Shown: positions 1 to 9,700 of the stretch, in pieces
Position numbering within the stretch: the stretch's first letter is position 1
How the letters are laid out: every line of letters starts with the position of its first letter
Source of the DNA: Candidatus Eiseniibacteriota bacterium
GTDB taxonomy: Bacteria; Eisenbacteria; RBG-16-71-46
NCBI GenBank assembly: GCA_031364845.1
Contig: JANLWX010000204.1
Span: forward strand, 1-15,282
DNA: 15,282 bases
Direction: 5' to 3'
Position numbers and translations under genes: made by a program
The notes under the pieces: model-generated
Database searches by the model: none
What the model was told of the DNA's origin: nothing
What the model saw: the letters and a program-made list of their open reading frames with translations, nothing else

Positions 1-179
1 CCCTGGATGATCGCTTCGGCTATCGACGGGGGATAGACCGGCGCCCGTGCCGGCTCGACCGCCGCGGCCTTCGGCGCACCCGGTGTGGCGTGAGCCGCGG
101 GTGCCGCGAACGAAACGGACGCCGCAAACAGCGCGTGGGCCGCGAGCAGCGCGGTTGCGGCGAGGGTCACCAGGGACAT
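1..179 (-). CDS. 5' part of a secreted protein of unknown function (runs off the window start)
   Basis: Hand translation from ATG at 179: MSLVTLAATALLAAHALFAASVSFAAPAAHATPGAPKAAAVEPARAPVYPPSIAEAIIQ..., open to the window edge. GGAG lies 9 nt upstream. Signal-peptide-like hydrophobic N-terminus followed by a Pro/Ala linker. Confidence 0.6.
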   Translation of the reverse strand, partial: MSLVTLAATALLAAHALFAASVSFAAPAAHATPGAPKAAAVEPARAPVYPPSIAEAIIQ

Positions 180-355
180 GAAAGGCAGCTCCGGATCCGG
201 GGAAGGACAGCGCAGGGCACAAGTCTCCTTCGATGATACGCCGCAGCGCCCTCGCCGTTCCATGTTCCAGTGCCCGGCGGGGTTCAAGCGGTGCAAAGAA
301 CGGGGATTGCCGCTCGCCCGCCGAACCCGTTTCTTCGCTCGGGATGCGGAATCGG

Positions 356-384
356 TTGATTTGCCCGATGCCGGTGCCGATAAT
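356..384 (+). promoter_or_regulatory. Putative sigma70 promoter for murA
   Basis: TTGATT (356-361), 17-nt spacer, GATAAT (379-384), in the divergent intergenic region. Confidence 0.55.
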
Positions 385-585
385 CCCGCCATCAGGCGGG
401 ACCCGCTGCCGCCCGACATCTCTCTGGCCCGCCCCAGCCCCCGGGCCATTCCCACCGAACTCAAGGACGAAACCGGACGGTCCAGAAGGATTACATCCAT
501 GGATGTGGTATCGCTGAAGAAATCGCCACGCAACTCCGAAGGCGCCGCGACGTCCGCGCCCCACCTCGCCCCCCGGGACAAGACC

Positions 586-1839
586 ATGGATGCACTCGTC
601 ATTCGCGGCGGCCGCAAACTCAACGGTCGTGTCGAAATCAGCGGCGCCAAGAACGCGGCACTACCCGTGATGGCGGCGACGCTGCTGGCACCCGGAGTTC
701 ACACGCTGCGCAACGTCCCGCAGCTCTCGGACACGCGCACCATGGCGAACGTGCTCGAGGTGCTCGGCGCCAAGGTCGGCTTCAGCGGTTCCACCTGCAC
801 CATCGACACCACGAACGCGAACGGCGTCGAGGCCCCGTATGAACTCGTGCGCACGATGCGCGCGAGCATCTACGTGCTGGGCCCGCTGCTCGCGCGCTGG
901 GGATCGGCGCGCGTGTCGCTGCCCGGCGGCTGTGCGTGGGGACCGCGTCCGGTCAATCTCCACCTCGAAGGACTGAAGGCGCTCGGCGCCGATCTCAAGG
1001 TGAAGAAGGGCTACCTCGTCGGCAAGAACGTGAAGCTGAACGGCGCGCGCTTCGACTTTCCGGTCGTCTCGGTCGGCGCCACCGCTCAGATGATGATGGC
1101 CGCGGTGCTCGCGCACGGCACTACCGTGCTCGACAACGTCGCGATCGAACCCGACATCACGGTGCTCGGCGAAGTGCTGAACCAGTGCGGCGCGCGCATC
1201 GAAGGCCTCGGCACCCGCACGCTCACGATTCACGGGGTGAGTGCGCTGTCGCCGATCGACACCACGATCATTCCCGACCGCATCGAAGCCGCGACGTTCA
1301 TGGTGGGTGCCGCGATCACCGGCGGCTCGGTCACGCTCACGCAGTGCGATCCCGAGCATGTGCGCTCGGTGAGCGAGAAGCTGGAGCAGGCCGGATGTGA
1401 AGTGCTCGAAGGCGATCGCGAGCTGACGATTCGCGGCCCCGTGCGGCCGGGCGCGCTCGAAGTCGTCACCGATCCCTATCCCGGATTCCCGACCGACATG
1501 CAGCCGCAGATGATGGCGCTGTGCGCGATCGCCGACGGCGTGAGCACGCTGACCGACACCGTCTATCTCGACCGCTTTGCGCACGTTCCCGAACTCGCGC
1601 GTCTGGGTGCCGACATCCGCCTGGAGAAGAACATCGCCGTGATCCATGGCGTCGATCATCTGCAGGGCGCGCCGGTCATGGCGACCGACATCCGCGCTGG
1701 TGCGGCGATCGTACTCGCTGCCTTGGTGGCCGAGGGCGAGACGCGGATCTCGCGCATCTACCATGTCGATCGCGGCTACGAGAACCTGGTGCAGAAGTTG
1801 ACGGGACTTGGCGCCTCGGTGGAGCGCGTGAAAGAGTAG
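586..1839 (+). CDS. murA: UDP-N-acetylglucosamine 1-carboxyvinyltransferase (417 aa; alternative in-frame start at 499)
   Basis: Canonical N-terminus MDALVIRGGRKLNGRVEISGAKNAALP, MRASIYVLGPLL, catalytic-Cys loop LPGGCAWGPRP, PYPGFPTDMQ, ATDIRAGA, HVDRGYE. Confidence 0.98.
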   Translation: MDALVIRGGRKLNGRVEISGAKNAALPVMAATLLAPGVHTLRNVPQLSDTRTMANVLEVLGAKVGFSGSTCTIDTTNANGVEAPYELVRTMRASIYVLGPLLARWGSARVSLPGGCAWGPRPVNLHLEGLKALGADLKVKKGYLVGKNVKLNGARFDFPVVSVGATAQMMMAAVLAHGTTVLDNVAIEPDITVLGEVLNQCGARIEGLGTRTLTIHGVSALSPIDTTIIPDRIEAATFMVGAAITGGSVTLTQCDPEHVRSVSEKLEQAGCEVLEGDRELTIRGPVRPGALEVVTDPYPGFPTDMQPQMMALCAIADGVSTLTDTVYLDRFAHVPELARLGADIRLEKNIAVIHGVDHLQGAPVMATDIRAGAAIVLAALVAEGETRISRIYHVDRGYENLVQKLTGLGASVERVKE

Positions 1840-1860
1840 GCACGGCTTCGTGTATCGTGA

Positions 1861-1892
1861 GCGCGCCGCGGCCTTCTGCCGCGGCGCGTTTT
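1861..1892 (+). terminator. Intrinsic terminator after murA
   Basis: Perfect 11-bp stem CGCGCCGCGGC (1862-1872) / GCCGCGGCGCG (1878-1888), 5-nt loop, then TTTT. Confidence 0.75.
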
Positions 1893-1952
1893 CGTTGGCC
1901 GTCGCGGCCGGTGATGACGCCCGTTCGCTCTCGCAAAGGAAGCCTCGCACAC

Positions 1953-2552
1953 ATGCCGCGTTACGACCGCGCCTACTTCGACCGCTGGTATCGCTCGGAG
2001 CGCACCCGCGTGTTCACGCCCGTCGAGATCGAGCGCCGCGTGCGCTTCGTGCTCGATGCCGCCGAACACGTGAACGAGCACCCGGTGCGCCGCGTGCTCG
2101 ACGTGTGCTGCGGCGAAGGACATTGGCAGCCGGTCGTGAAGCGCCTGCGTCCCGCCGCCCGCTACACCGGCGTCGATGTGAGCGAGTACGCGATCCAGCG
2201 CTTCGGCAAACGCCGCAATCTGAAACTCGGACGCTTCGGCGAACTCGCGAGCCTCGGGCTGGATGGACCTTTCGATCTGATCGTGTGCACCGGCGCGCTC
2301 TACTACATCGAGACGGCGGAGGTCGCCGTGGGACTGCGCGCGATCGGGGAGTTGCTCCAGGGCGTCGCGTTCTTGGAGATCTTCACCGAAGGCGACGATC
2401 TGACCGGGAACATCGGCGACATCCGCCCCCGCAGTGCGGCCGAATACGATCGCATGATGCGCGCCGCGAGATTGCGGCATCTCGGACTGCACTTGTGGAT
2501 CAACGAGGAGCGCGCGGGCGAGATGACGGAGTTCGAGCTGGGGCGACGTTAA
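1953..2552 (+). CDS. Class I SAM-dependent methyltransferase (199 aa)
   Basis: ATG at 1953 with AAGGAAG upstream. Motif I VLDVCCGEG, YTGVDVS, GPFDLIVC, ALYYI. Substrate cannot be inferred. Confidence 0.88.
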   Translation: MPRYDRAYFDRWYRSERTRVFTPVEIERRVRFVLDAAEHVNEHPVRRVLDVCCGEGHWQPVVKRLRPAARYTGVDVSEYAIQRFGKRRNLKLGRFGELASLGLDGPFDLIVCTGALYYIETAEVAVGLRAIGELLQGVAFLEIFTEGDDLTGNIGDIRPRSAAEYDRMMRAARLRHLGLHLWINEERAGEMTEFELGRR

Positions 2553-5206
2553 GGCCTCGACGCTCCCGGGAGCCCGTCGAGCACGATCGTGATCGACGGC
2601 GTCGGATCCTTCCCCGCAGGCAGCAGCGCGAGCAGTCGCTGGTCCGTGTGGCCGCGCCGCGCACCTCGGTTGTCTTTCGGGAACGTGATCGCCAGCCGCG
2701 GCGGGCCGAGTCGAAACTCACTACCTCCTTGTACCTCGGCTTCGTAAGCATGCCCCGGGTTGGATGCCAGTCCGTAGTAGAGCCGCTTGCCGTCCCGGCT
2801 CCAGCCGCCGTGGCCCCCGCCTCCTGTCGTGACCTGGTATTTACTACCGGGAACCGGGAACGACTGCACATATGCCTCGCCCTGGCCGGACTCGGTCGAG
2901 TTGTATGCGATCCACCGGCCGTCGGGCGAGACCGCGCCATTGGACTCGATGAAGCGTGTCTTCAAAAGAGGACGGGGATCTCGATTGCCTTCCAACGGGA
3001 GCACCCAGAGATCCCACTGCGTCACCGGATCCAGTCGCGAGTAGATGATGGCGCGTCCGCCGGGTGACCAGCCATGAAGCTGTTTGAAGAGCGGGTCGGA
3101 GTCCAGGAACGACGATACGGTATCGCCGATGAGCGATTTGATCTTCAGCACCTGCGGCGAATTGTGGCTCCACAGGTAGGCGATGCGGGTTCCGTCCGGG
3201 GACCATCTCGGATCCTCGCAGACGCCCGTCTCGTCGGTGAACCGTGTGGCCACACCGCGTTCGAGGTCGGCGATCCAGAGATCCGGCGCTTCCCCTGATT
3301 CCGTCCGCTCGAGCACGGCGCGCCGGTCGTCGGGCGCGATCGATAGGTCGAAGTAGGGTCCGGGCGCGAGCGGAATGGGCGCGATCTCGCGGCCAGAGAA
3401 GTCGACCCAGGCCAGCCGCTGGTTCGTCACCTGAACCGTGGTGAAGGCGACCGAGCCCGTCGTCGAAGCCGAGGCGATCGGGCCACCGGAGTATTCCGTG
3501 GGAGGGACCACGTCACCCAACGACACCGGCTCGCCGCGCAGCTTCAGCGCTTTGGCGTCGAAGCCCTGTGACATCAACTTGCCGTCACGCTCATACAGCA
3601 GTTGTCCCGGAGGAGCCCAGGTCACGCCGGTGCCCACGGACAGCAGCAGTTGACGCTTCGGCGAATCGAGCGAGCCGACGTAGGTGTCGAGCTTCCCATC
3701 GCGCGCCGGAAGTGCCGTGAACAAGAAGTGCCGGCCATCGGGCAAAAATTGCGGGAAGCGATGCGCCGTCTCACCGCGGGTCGTATCGAGCGTGGTCACC
3801 GGCTTGGGCTCGCCACCGCTCGCGGGAACTCGGTAGATACAGTCATTCGAGTTGGGCGCGATGAGGATCACATTATCCCTGCTCCAACTCCCGCCGCGTG
3901 AAGTCTTAACGGAACACACGACTTCCGCGTCCCCTCCGGCCACGGTGATCTTCTTGAGCTTCTGCTGACTGACGATGGCGATCTGCCGACTGTCCGGAGA
4001 CCAGAAGATCAACGATTCCGAATTCTCCGTGCCGGCGATCGGTCTGGCCACCGTGGATTCGAGCGGCCTCAGCCAGATGCGCGACGCCCCGGTCGAATCG
4101 AAGGCGACGAACGCCAGCATACGGCCATCGGGGGAGAGCGCCGGCGCTGCGCCGTCGTTGTACATGAACACGCCTTCGGGCTGGGGAATCTCGAAGCGCA
4201 ACGGCTGCGCCTTCGCGGGACGCTCAAATGCGCGCGGCGCGAACCACGCCACCGCGGCCGCGAGCAGCGCGACGACCAGGAGTCGCGCCCACTCGAACCA
4301 CCGGCGTGAGCCCGTGGCCGCCGCGCCGGCCGTGCGGATCGACGAACTCGACGCCCGCACCGCCTGCACGTCCTCGATTTCCATGCGGGCATCGCCGATG
4401 TCGCGCATCCGCCGCCGCGCGTCCTTCTCGAGGCAGCGGCGCAGTAACCCGCGCAGCCGCTCGGGCGTCGAGGCCGGCAACGCGTTCCAGTCCGGCTCGC
4501 CCTGGAGGATGCGCGCGATCATGTCCGACACGGTCTCGCCGGCGAATGCCTGTCGGCCGGTCAGGCACTCGTAGAGCAGGCAGCCGAACGACCAGATGTC
4601 GGCGCGCTTGTCGACGGTCTTGCCCCGCGCCTGCTCCGGGCTCATGTAGGCCGCGGTGCCGAGGATCACACCGACGCCGGTCGCGCCCAAGGCCATCGTG
4701 GGCGAGTGGGAGAGATCGGACCCCGACTCCGAGCCGGCGCCGCCCTTGGCGAGCCCGAAGTCCAGCACTTTGATCTCGCCCGCCGGTGTGACCTTGATGT
4801 TCGCGGGTTTCAGGTCGCGATGGACCACACCACCTTCGTGCGCCGCTTCGAGTGCCGCGGCCACCTGGCGGCACAGATCCAGCGTGTCGTCGAGCGATAA
4901 CGCCCCGCGCTCGATGCGCTCCGCCAGCGTGTCGCCCTCCACGTACTCGAGAGCCAGGAACCGATGACCGCCATCTTCTTCGATCCCGTAGATGCCGGCG
5001 ATGTTGGGGTGATTGAGCGACGCCACCAGGCGCGCCTCGCGCTCGAAGCGTGCGAGCCGCTCGGGATCGGCGGCGAACGCTTCGGGGAGCACTTTGATCG
5101 CGACCCGGCGGTCGAGGCGCGGATCGCGTCCCAGATAGACCACCCCCATGCCGCCGCGGCCGATCTCACGCTCGATCGGGTAGGGGCCGATCTGTTCCGG
5201 CGTCAC
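2549..5206 (-). CDS. Hanks-type Ser/Thr protein kinase with a TM helix and C-terminal TolB-like (PD40) beta-propeller repeats (885 aa)
   Basis: IGRGGMGVVY, VAIK, HRDLKPANI, DFG, GTAAYMSPEQ, DIWSFG. Hydrophobic segment LLVVALLAAAVAWFA. Repeated SPDGR / WSPD / FLPDGR / WSRDG blade motifs. Confidence 0.93.
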   Translation of the reverse strand: MTPEQIGPYPIEREIGRGGMGVVYLGRDPRLDRRVAIKVLPEAFAADPERLARFEREARLVASLNHPNIAGIYGIEEDGGHRFLALEYVEGDTLAERIERGALSLDDTLDLCRQVAAALEAAHEGGVVHRDLKPANIKVTPAGEIKVLDFGLAKGGAGSESGSDLSHSPTMALGATGVGVILGTAAYMSPEQARGKTVDKRADIWSFGCLLYECLTGRQAFAGETVSDMIARILQGEPDWNALPASTPERLRGLLRRCLEKDARRRMRDIGDARMEIEDVQAVRASSSSIRTAGAAATGSRRWFEWARLLVVALLAAAVAWFAPRAFERPAKAQPLRFEIPQPEGVFMYNDGAAPALSPDGRMLAFVAFDSTGASRIWLRPLESTVARPIAGTENSESLIFWSPDSRQIAIVSQQKLKKITVAGGDAEVVCSVKTSRGGSWSRDNVILIAPNSNDCIYRVPASGGEPKPVTTLDTTRGETAHRFPQFLPDGRHFLFTALPARDGKLDTYVGSLDSPKRQLLLSVGTGVTWAPPGQLLYERDGKLMSQGFDAKALKLRGEPVSLGDVVPPTEYSGGPIASASTTGSVAFTTVQVTNQRLAWVDFSGREIAPIPLAPGPYFDLSIAPDDRRAVLERTESGEAPDLWIADLERGVATRFTDETGVCEDPRWSPDGTRIAYLWSHNSPQVLKIKSLIGDTVSSFLDSDPLFKQLHGWSPGGRAIIYSRLDPVTQWDLWVLPLEGNRDPRPLLKTRFIESNGAVSPDGRWIAYNSTESGQGEAYVQSFPVPGSKYQVTTGGGGHGGWSRDGKRLYYGLASNPGHAYEAEVQGGSEFRLGPPRLAITFPKDNRGARRGHTDQRLLALLPAGKDPTPSITIVLDGLPGASRP

Positions 5207-5244
5207 GCGAACCGCTCAACGAAGTCCTTGGGCAGTGCCTGCAT
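5203..5244 (-). CDS. Putative 13-aa upstream ORF MQALPKDFVERFA, with its stop overlapping the kinase start (GTGA)
   Basis: AGGGAG (5255-5250), 5-nt spacer, ATG at 5244. TGA at 5205-5203 overlaps the kinase GTG at 5206-5204. Confidence 0.4.
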   Translation of the reverse strand: MQALPKDFVERFA

Positions 5245-5381
5245 GTGATCTCCCTGAGGGATCCCTTGTGGCCCAGTGCAACGGAAACACCGGGTTCGGC
5301 AGTGGGTTGAAGCGACGGCGGAGACTCAGCGTTCGGCAGACTACACGAGACCGTGGTTGCCCGCGCGGCGGTCGGCGGCCT

Positions 5382-6659
5382 TCAGCGATCGGCGCGCGTG
5401 AACCACGGCGTCGCGAGATCCGGGACGGCGTAATCGATGAAGTAGTGCGTGAAGCGCTGTTGCTCGAAGGCCGCGGAAGCCGCGAGCAGTACCGCCGTCG
5501 CCGCGAGCGCCGCCATGAATGCGCGAGGTGGCAGGGTCATCCGCAACCTGTCGAGCCCGGTCCACACGAGCCACGCCGCGAGCAGCGCGAGCGGCGCGTA
5601 GACGGGACTCAGAAAGCGCAGGTTCTTCTGCGGATACACGAGCGCCAGCGCCGCGTATGCCAGCACGAGTACGGCGAGCGCGACGACGGTGGAGCGCGCC
5701 CATGGAGCTGGCAATCGACGGCGCCATGACGGCACCGCGAGCGCGACGATGGCGGCGACGAATCCGAGCAATGTCTGCAACGGCTGGGTCCGCGCGAGTC
5801 CGACGATGTAATACATGGGCCCGCCGCTCTGGAATTCTTTCATATACGCGTTGCCCGACTCCGCCGCGGTCGCGCGCATAAACGTTGCGCGCAGCGGTCC
5901 GAGACCGCCGCTCGCCAGCGCCATCACCGCCACCGCCGCGGCCAGAGCGAGCGCGGCGGTTGAGAAGTTGAAAACTGCGCCAGCACGCGCCACACCACGA
6001 CCCGGGCGGAACAGCATGATCCCAATCATGCCGAGCGCGATGAAGAACAGCCCGCTCTCCTTCACCAGCACCGTCATGGCACCGAGCGCGAACACCGAAA
6101 CATTCCATCGCCTGCGCTCGGGCTGTCGCAGATGACTCGCGAAGGCATAGACCATCGCGAGCACGAGCAGCGCAGTCAGCGAGTCGCCCCAGACCCGCCG
6201 CGACATCGCGCGATCGAGCGGCGCAAACGCGGCGAATGCCACAGCCAGCGGTGCCGCCCAAGGTGCAATGAACTGCCACGCAAACACTGCGACCAGCGCC
6301 AGTATGGCGCAGCTCGCAATCAGCGAAACCTGCGCCGCGACTTGTATCGACGCCGAACCGTTGACGTGCATCCACGCCACGATCGCGGCAAGATGCCCGA
6401 CCCGCGTCGGCGAAGGAAACTGCAGCATCTCGGGACGGCTCTGATACTCCTGCACCATTCCCGGCCAGGTCGAGAAGCCATGGAAGAACAACTTCGAGGC
6501 GTAGAAGTTGGCGTAGGCGTCTTCGTCGGGCGTGTAGACCGGTACGCCGACATACACGATGCGCAATACCACGCCGAGCGCGACGAGGGAGAGTGTCGCC
6601 GCGAGCGCGAGCCGTCGACTCGGGTGATGCGTCTGCGGGGCGGCGCGGCGCGTGAGCAT
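5382..6659 (-). CDS. Polytopic GT-C-fold glycosyltransferase (ArnT/GT83- or PMT/GT39-like), 425 aa
   Basis: Many TM-like segments; acidic DE motif after TM1 (YTPDEDAY); LVKESG; late KNLRFLSPVYAPLALLAA motif typical of GT-C enzymes. Start placed at ATG 6659 from promoter geometry (ORF track begins at GTG 6680). Confidence 0.72.
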   Translation of the reverse strand: MLTRRAAPQTHHPSRRLALAATLSLVALGVVLRIVYVGVPVYTPDEDAYANFYASKLFFHGFSTWPGMVQEYQSRPEMLQFPSPTRVGHLAAIVAWMHVNGSASIQVAAQVSLIASCAILALVAVFAWQFIAPWAAPLAVAFAAFAPLDRAMSRRVWGDSLTALLVLAMVYAFASHLRQPERRRWNVSVFALGAMTVLVKESGLFFIALGMIGIMLFRPGRGVARAGAVFNFSTAALALAAAVAVMALASGGLGPLRATFMRATAAESGNAYMKEFQSGGPMYYIVGLARTQPLQTLLGFVAAIVALAVPSWRRRLPAPWARSTVVALAVLVLAYAALALVYPQKNLRFLSPVYAPLALLAAWLVWTGLDRLRMTLPPRAFMAALAATAVLLAASAAFEQQRFTHYFIDYAVPDLATPWFTRADR

Positions 6660-6665
6660 GCGGCG

Positions 6666-6694
6666 ATGATCGGCCCACACCCGCAGGGCGTCAA
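6666..6694 (-). promoter_or_regulatory. Putative sigma70 promoter giving a leaderless transcript for the GT-C gene
   Basis: On the - strand: TTGACG (6694-6689), 17 nt, GATCAT (6671-6666), 6 nt, ATG (6659). No SD before the ATG. Confidence 0.55.
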
Positions 6695-6747
6695 ACTCCG
6701 TTCACGGGCGCCGAGCGGCCCCGTTGTCGAGCTCGGCCGCTAGCCGC

Positions 6748-9700
6748 TCAGCGCACGATCGCGAATCGCCCGGTGCGGATGCCGTCGAGGGCGGTGAGGC
6801 GATAGAAGTACGTCCCGCCGCCGGGCTTGGCGCCGGCTTCGGCTCCGACGAGAGCGGCGCGATGTTCCCCCGCCGTCATGAACGCGTGCAGCGGCCGGCC
6901 CACGCGGCGCCCGCCGATGTCGAACACGTCGATGCGAACGTCGCCGTCGGTGAGGGTCGAGAACCACAGCTCGAGGTACCCGGCCCCGAGATCCACCGCG
7001 CGCGCGGAAAACGTTCCGTTCGATCGGACGTCGAGACCGGTCGCGGGTTCCCGGGACGCCGCCGCCGCCTCGATCGGAATGTTCGCGTTCGGGAGTTGCT
7101 TGATCGAAACGTCATCGACGAGAAAGCTCTCGCGTCCTTTGCGGGGCGAGTTGACGATTTGCAGATCGAGTTCCGAGCCGGCGGCACGGGTGACGTAGTC
7201 GAACGTCACGAGTTTCCATGAGCTGCTCAGTGTCACGCCGCTCGAGAAGGCTTCGGACCCCTGCTGTGATCCCGCGAGCGTCTCCACCACGCGCAACCGG
7301 ATGGTTCCGCCGCTGGACGACGATCGAACCCACGCCTGCAATCGATAGGTCGATCCCGCGGCCGCCACGTAGCCGACCGAAGCCGGATCGTCCGTGATGG
7401 CGAAAGAACTCTTGCTTCCGCTCGAGGTGGCGAGCTGCGCTGCGAACCCACCGCTGTGTCCGGAACTGACCCGCGTGAGCGTCGCGCTGCCCACCACGCT
7501 CCATCCCGCAGTACCACTCTCGAAGCCGGGATTCGCCACCAGCTCGGTGCCGGGGGCGGGCAGGTCGCGGACCGTGATCGAAGTGCCTGCGGTGTTCGCG
7601 AGAGCGTTCGCCGCCCGGAATCGGACGACATACGGCGCGCCGCCGGCGTCGGCATACGCGGGAGTCCACGTCAGCGTGCCGCTCGATTTCGAGCCGTTCG
7701 GAGTGAAGACCGCATTATGGCCCGCCGGCAGCCCGCTGACATCGGCGGTGAGCGAAGTCAGTGGCTCCAGATCCGGATCGGCCGCGGTGATGGTGATCGA
7801 GGTGCGGATGCCTTCGAGCGCGGCGACCGTCGCGGGTGCGGTGACCACCGGGTTTCGATCGATGTTGTCCACGGTGATCGCCGTCGTCGCGGATTGGTAC
7901 AGATCGCTGCGCGCCGTGAATCGAATCGAATAGGGCACCGCACGACTGTCGAAGAACGTGGGCGTCCACGTCAGCGTTCCCGACGTCTTCGAAGCGTTGG
8001 TCGAAAACGTCGCGTTGTGTCCGGCCGGAAGGCCCGACAGGTCCGCGGTCAGCGCCGTGATCGCATCGCCATCGCGATCCGAGGCGGTCACATTCACGCT
8101 GATCGTCGTCGCCTCGTGGCCGAAGATGGCGAGCGGAGCGACCACGACCGGCGCGCGGCTCACGCGCACCCATGTGACCTTCTCGACGCTGAGCGCATTT
8201 CCGGCGTTGAATCGGACCGGGTAGGGACCCGGGCCATCGGCCGGCTGCGGGGTCCAGGTCAGGATGCCCGTGGTAAGCGTTGCGTCGGTCGTGAATACGG
8301 CGTTGTTGCCGGCCGGCAACCCCGAAAGATTTGCCGTGAACGTCGTCACCGCCTCGCCGTCCGGATCCGCGGCAATGACGTTGAGCGCATATGTGGTGCC
8401 CCGTTCCGCGGTCGCGGCAGCCGGTGCGAGCATCACGGGGGCCCGGTCGACGTTGAGCACCGTGATCGAGGAGCTCCGCGATCCGCTCATGGCGTTCGCT
8501 GCCGTGAACGTGACCGTGTAGGGACTGCCGGCCGCAACGGAGAACGACGGGGCCCACGACAACGTGCCCCCGGTGTTGTCGGGATTCGGGACGAATTCGG
8601 CGTGATTTCCGATCGGGAGATTCGAGAAGTCCGCGGTCAGGGAAGTGATCGGATCGTCATCCGGATCGCGCGCGTTGACGAACATCGTGAGGAACGAACC
8701 TTCGTTGATGGTGGCGGTCGTCAGCGCGATCACCACCGGCGCGCGGTCCGGCGTCAGTCGGCCGTACTCGTGGGCGCCGATGTCCGCGTAGGCGGGGGTT
8801 CCGAGGCCGCGATTCACCGTCGCAGGATCGTCCACCCGCGGCGCCCCCGTGGCATCGAGCGCCGGCCATGCGGTCGCACCGGCATTCCCGCCGTCGATCG
8901 CCGGCGAACCCGCCGACAGCTTGAACGTTCCCTCCGCCGGATTCACGAACATCGGGGAGCTCTGAATGGAACGCGTGTCCCGCCCGGTTGCAGAGGCATA
9001 GCTCGCGATCGAGCTGTAGGCCGTCGAGTTGAACTTGACCGGAGCCTGGCTGGTCGAGTTCCAGATGACGTTGTCGTTGGATTGAAATCCCGACATCGAC
9101 GTGTCGTCGATCCACAGGTTGTATTCCGAGGTGGTGATCCCGTTGTCGACCGCGATGCAATTGAACAGGCTGGCGTTGGGAGAGGAGCCCTCGAAGGAGA
9201 ACCCATCTTTGTAGTTGCCATAGGCCACGTCGTTCGAGTGCTTCACGCCGCCAGTGCGAACGTGATCGAAGCCATGGTCGCCGTTGTTCCAGCTCACGTT
9301 GTTGCGTGAGATGCAGTTGTTGGCTCCGTTGTAGAACTGAGCACCCGAGTCCTGATTGTCGTAAAACCGGTTCCCTTCGACCGTGCAGCCGGTCGAGCCG
9401 TTGAGATAGATCCCATTCGCCGCGCGCACCGCGGGCCGCGCGTTGCGAAACGATGCGTTCCCGACGATGCGGCAGTTCGGACTGCTCGAGACGTAGATGC
9501 CGTGATCGTTGTTGTCGCTCACGGAGTTTCTCAGGAGCGAGACCGAGTTGCCCGACGAGACCTCGATCCCGAGATGGTTCGCGAACGACACCGCGCAGTC
9601 CTGAATCGTCGATGCCGTGGCCGACAGCACATCGATCGCATGGTCCTCGGTGTGGAGCACGTGGAATCCATCCACGGTCACATAGGAGCCCGTGACCCGG

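Noticed and set aside
167..230. Minus-strand AAGGAG + GTG mini-ORF MPCAVLPRIRSCLSCPW-UGA (possible Cys/Sec leader)
   Set aside because: SD spacing is only 4 nt, a TATCAT -10 candidate (238-233) would start transcription within the SD, and read-through gives low-complexity shadow sequence.
455..483. GGACGAAAC resembling a hammerhead ribozyme core
   Set aside because: No CUGAnGA partner or supporting stems.
178..498. Long N-terminal extension of the murA ORF (553-aa call)
   Set aside because: Spans the divergent promoter region, is Arg/Pro-rich and non-homologous; the MurA fold starts at 586.
661..1950. 429-aa antisense ORF over murA
   Set aside because: Shadow frame caused by high-GC codon bias; no motifs.
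1521..1952. N-terminal part of the 343-aa ORF call
   Set aside because: Overlaps murA and its terminator; the methyltransferase begins at ATG 1953 with an SD.
7561..8748. Repeats considered as a CRISPR array or DGR template/variable repeats
   Set aside because: They are ~300-bp in-frame diverged domain repeats; no spacers, reverse transcriptase or cas genes in the window.
7456..9309. 617-aa antisense ORF (and the 563-aa alternative frame at 8657-10348)
   Set aside because: Arg-rich shadows of the large secreted-protein gene.
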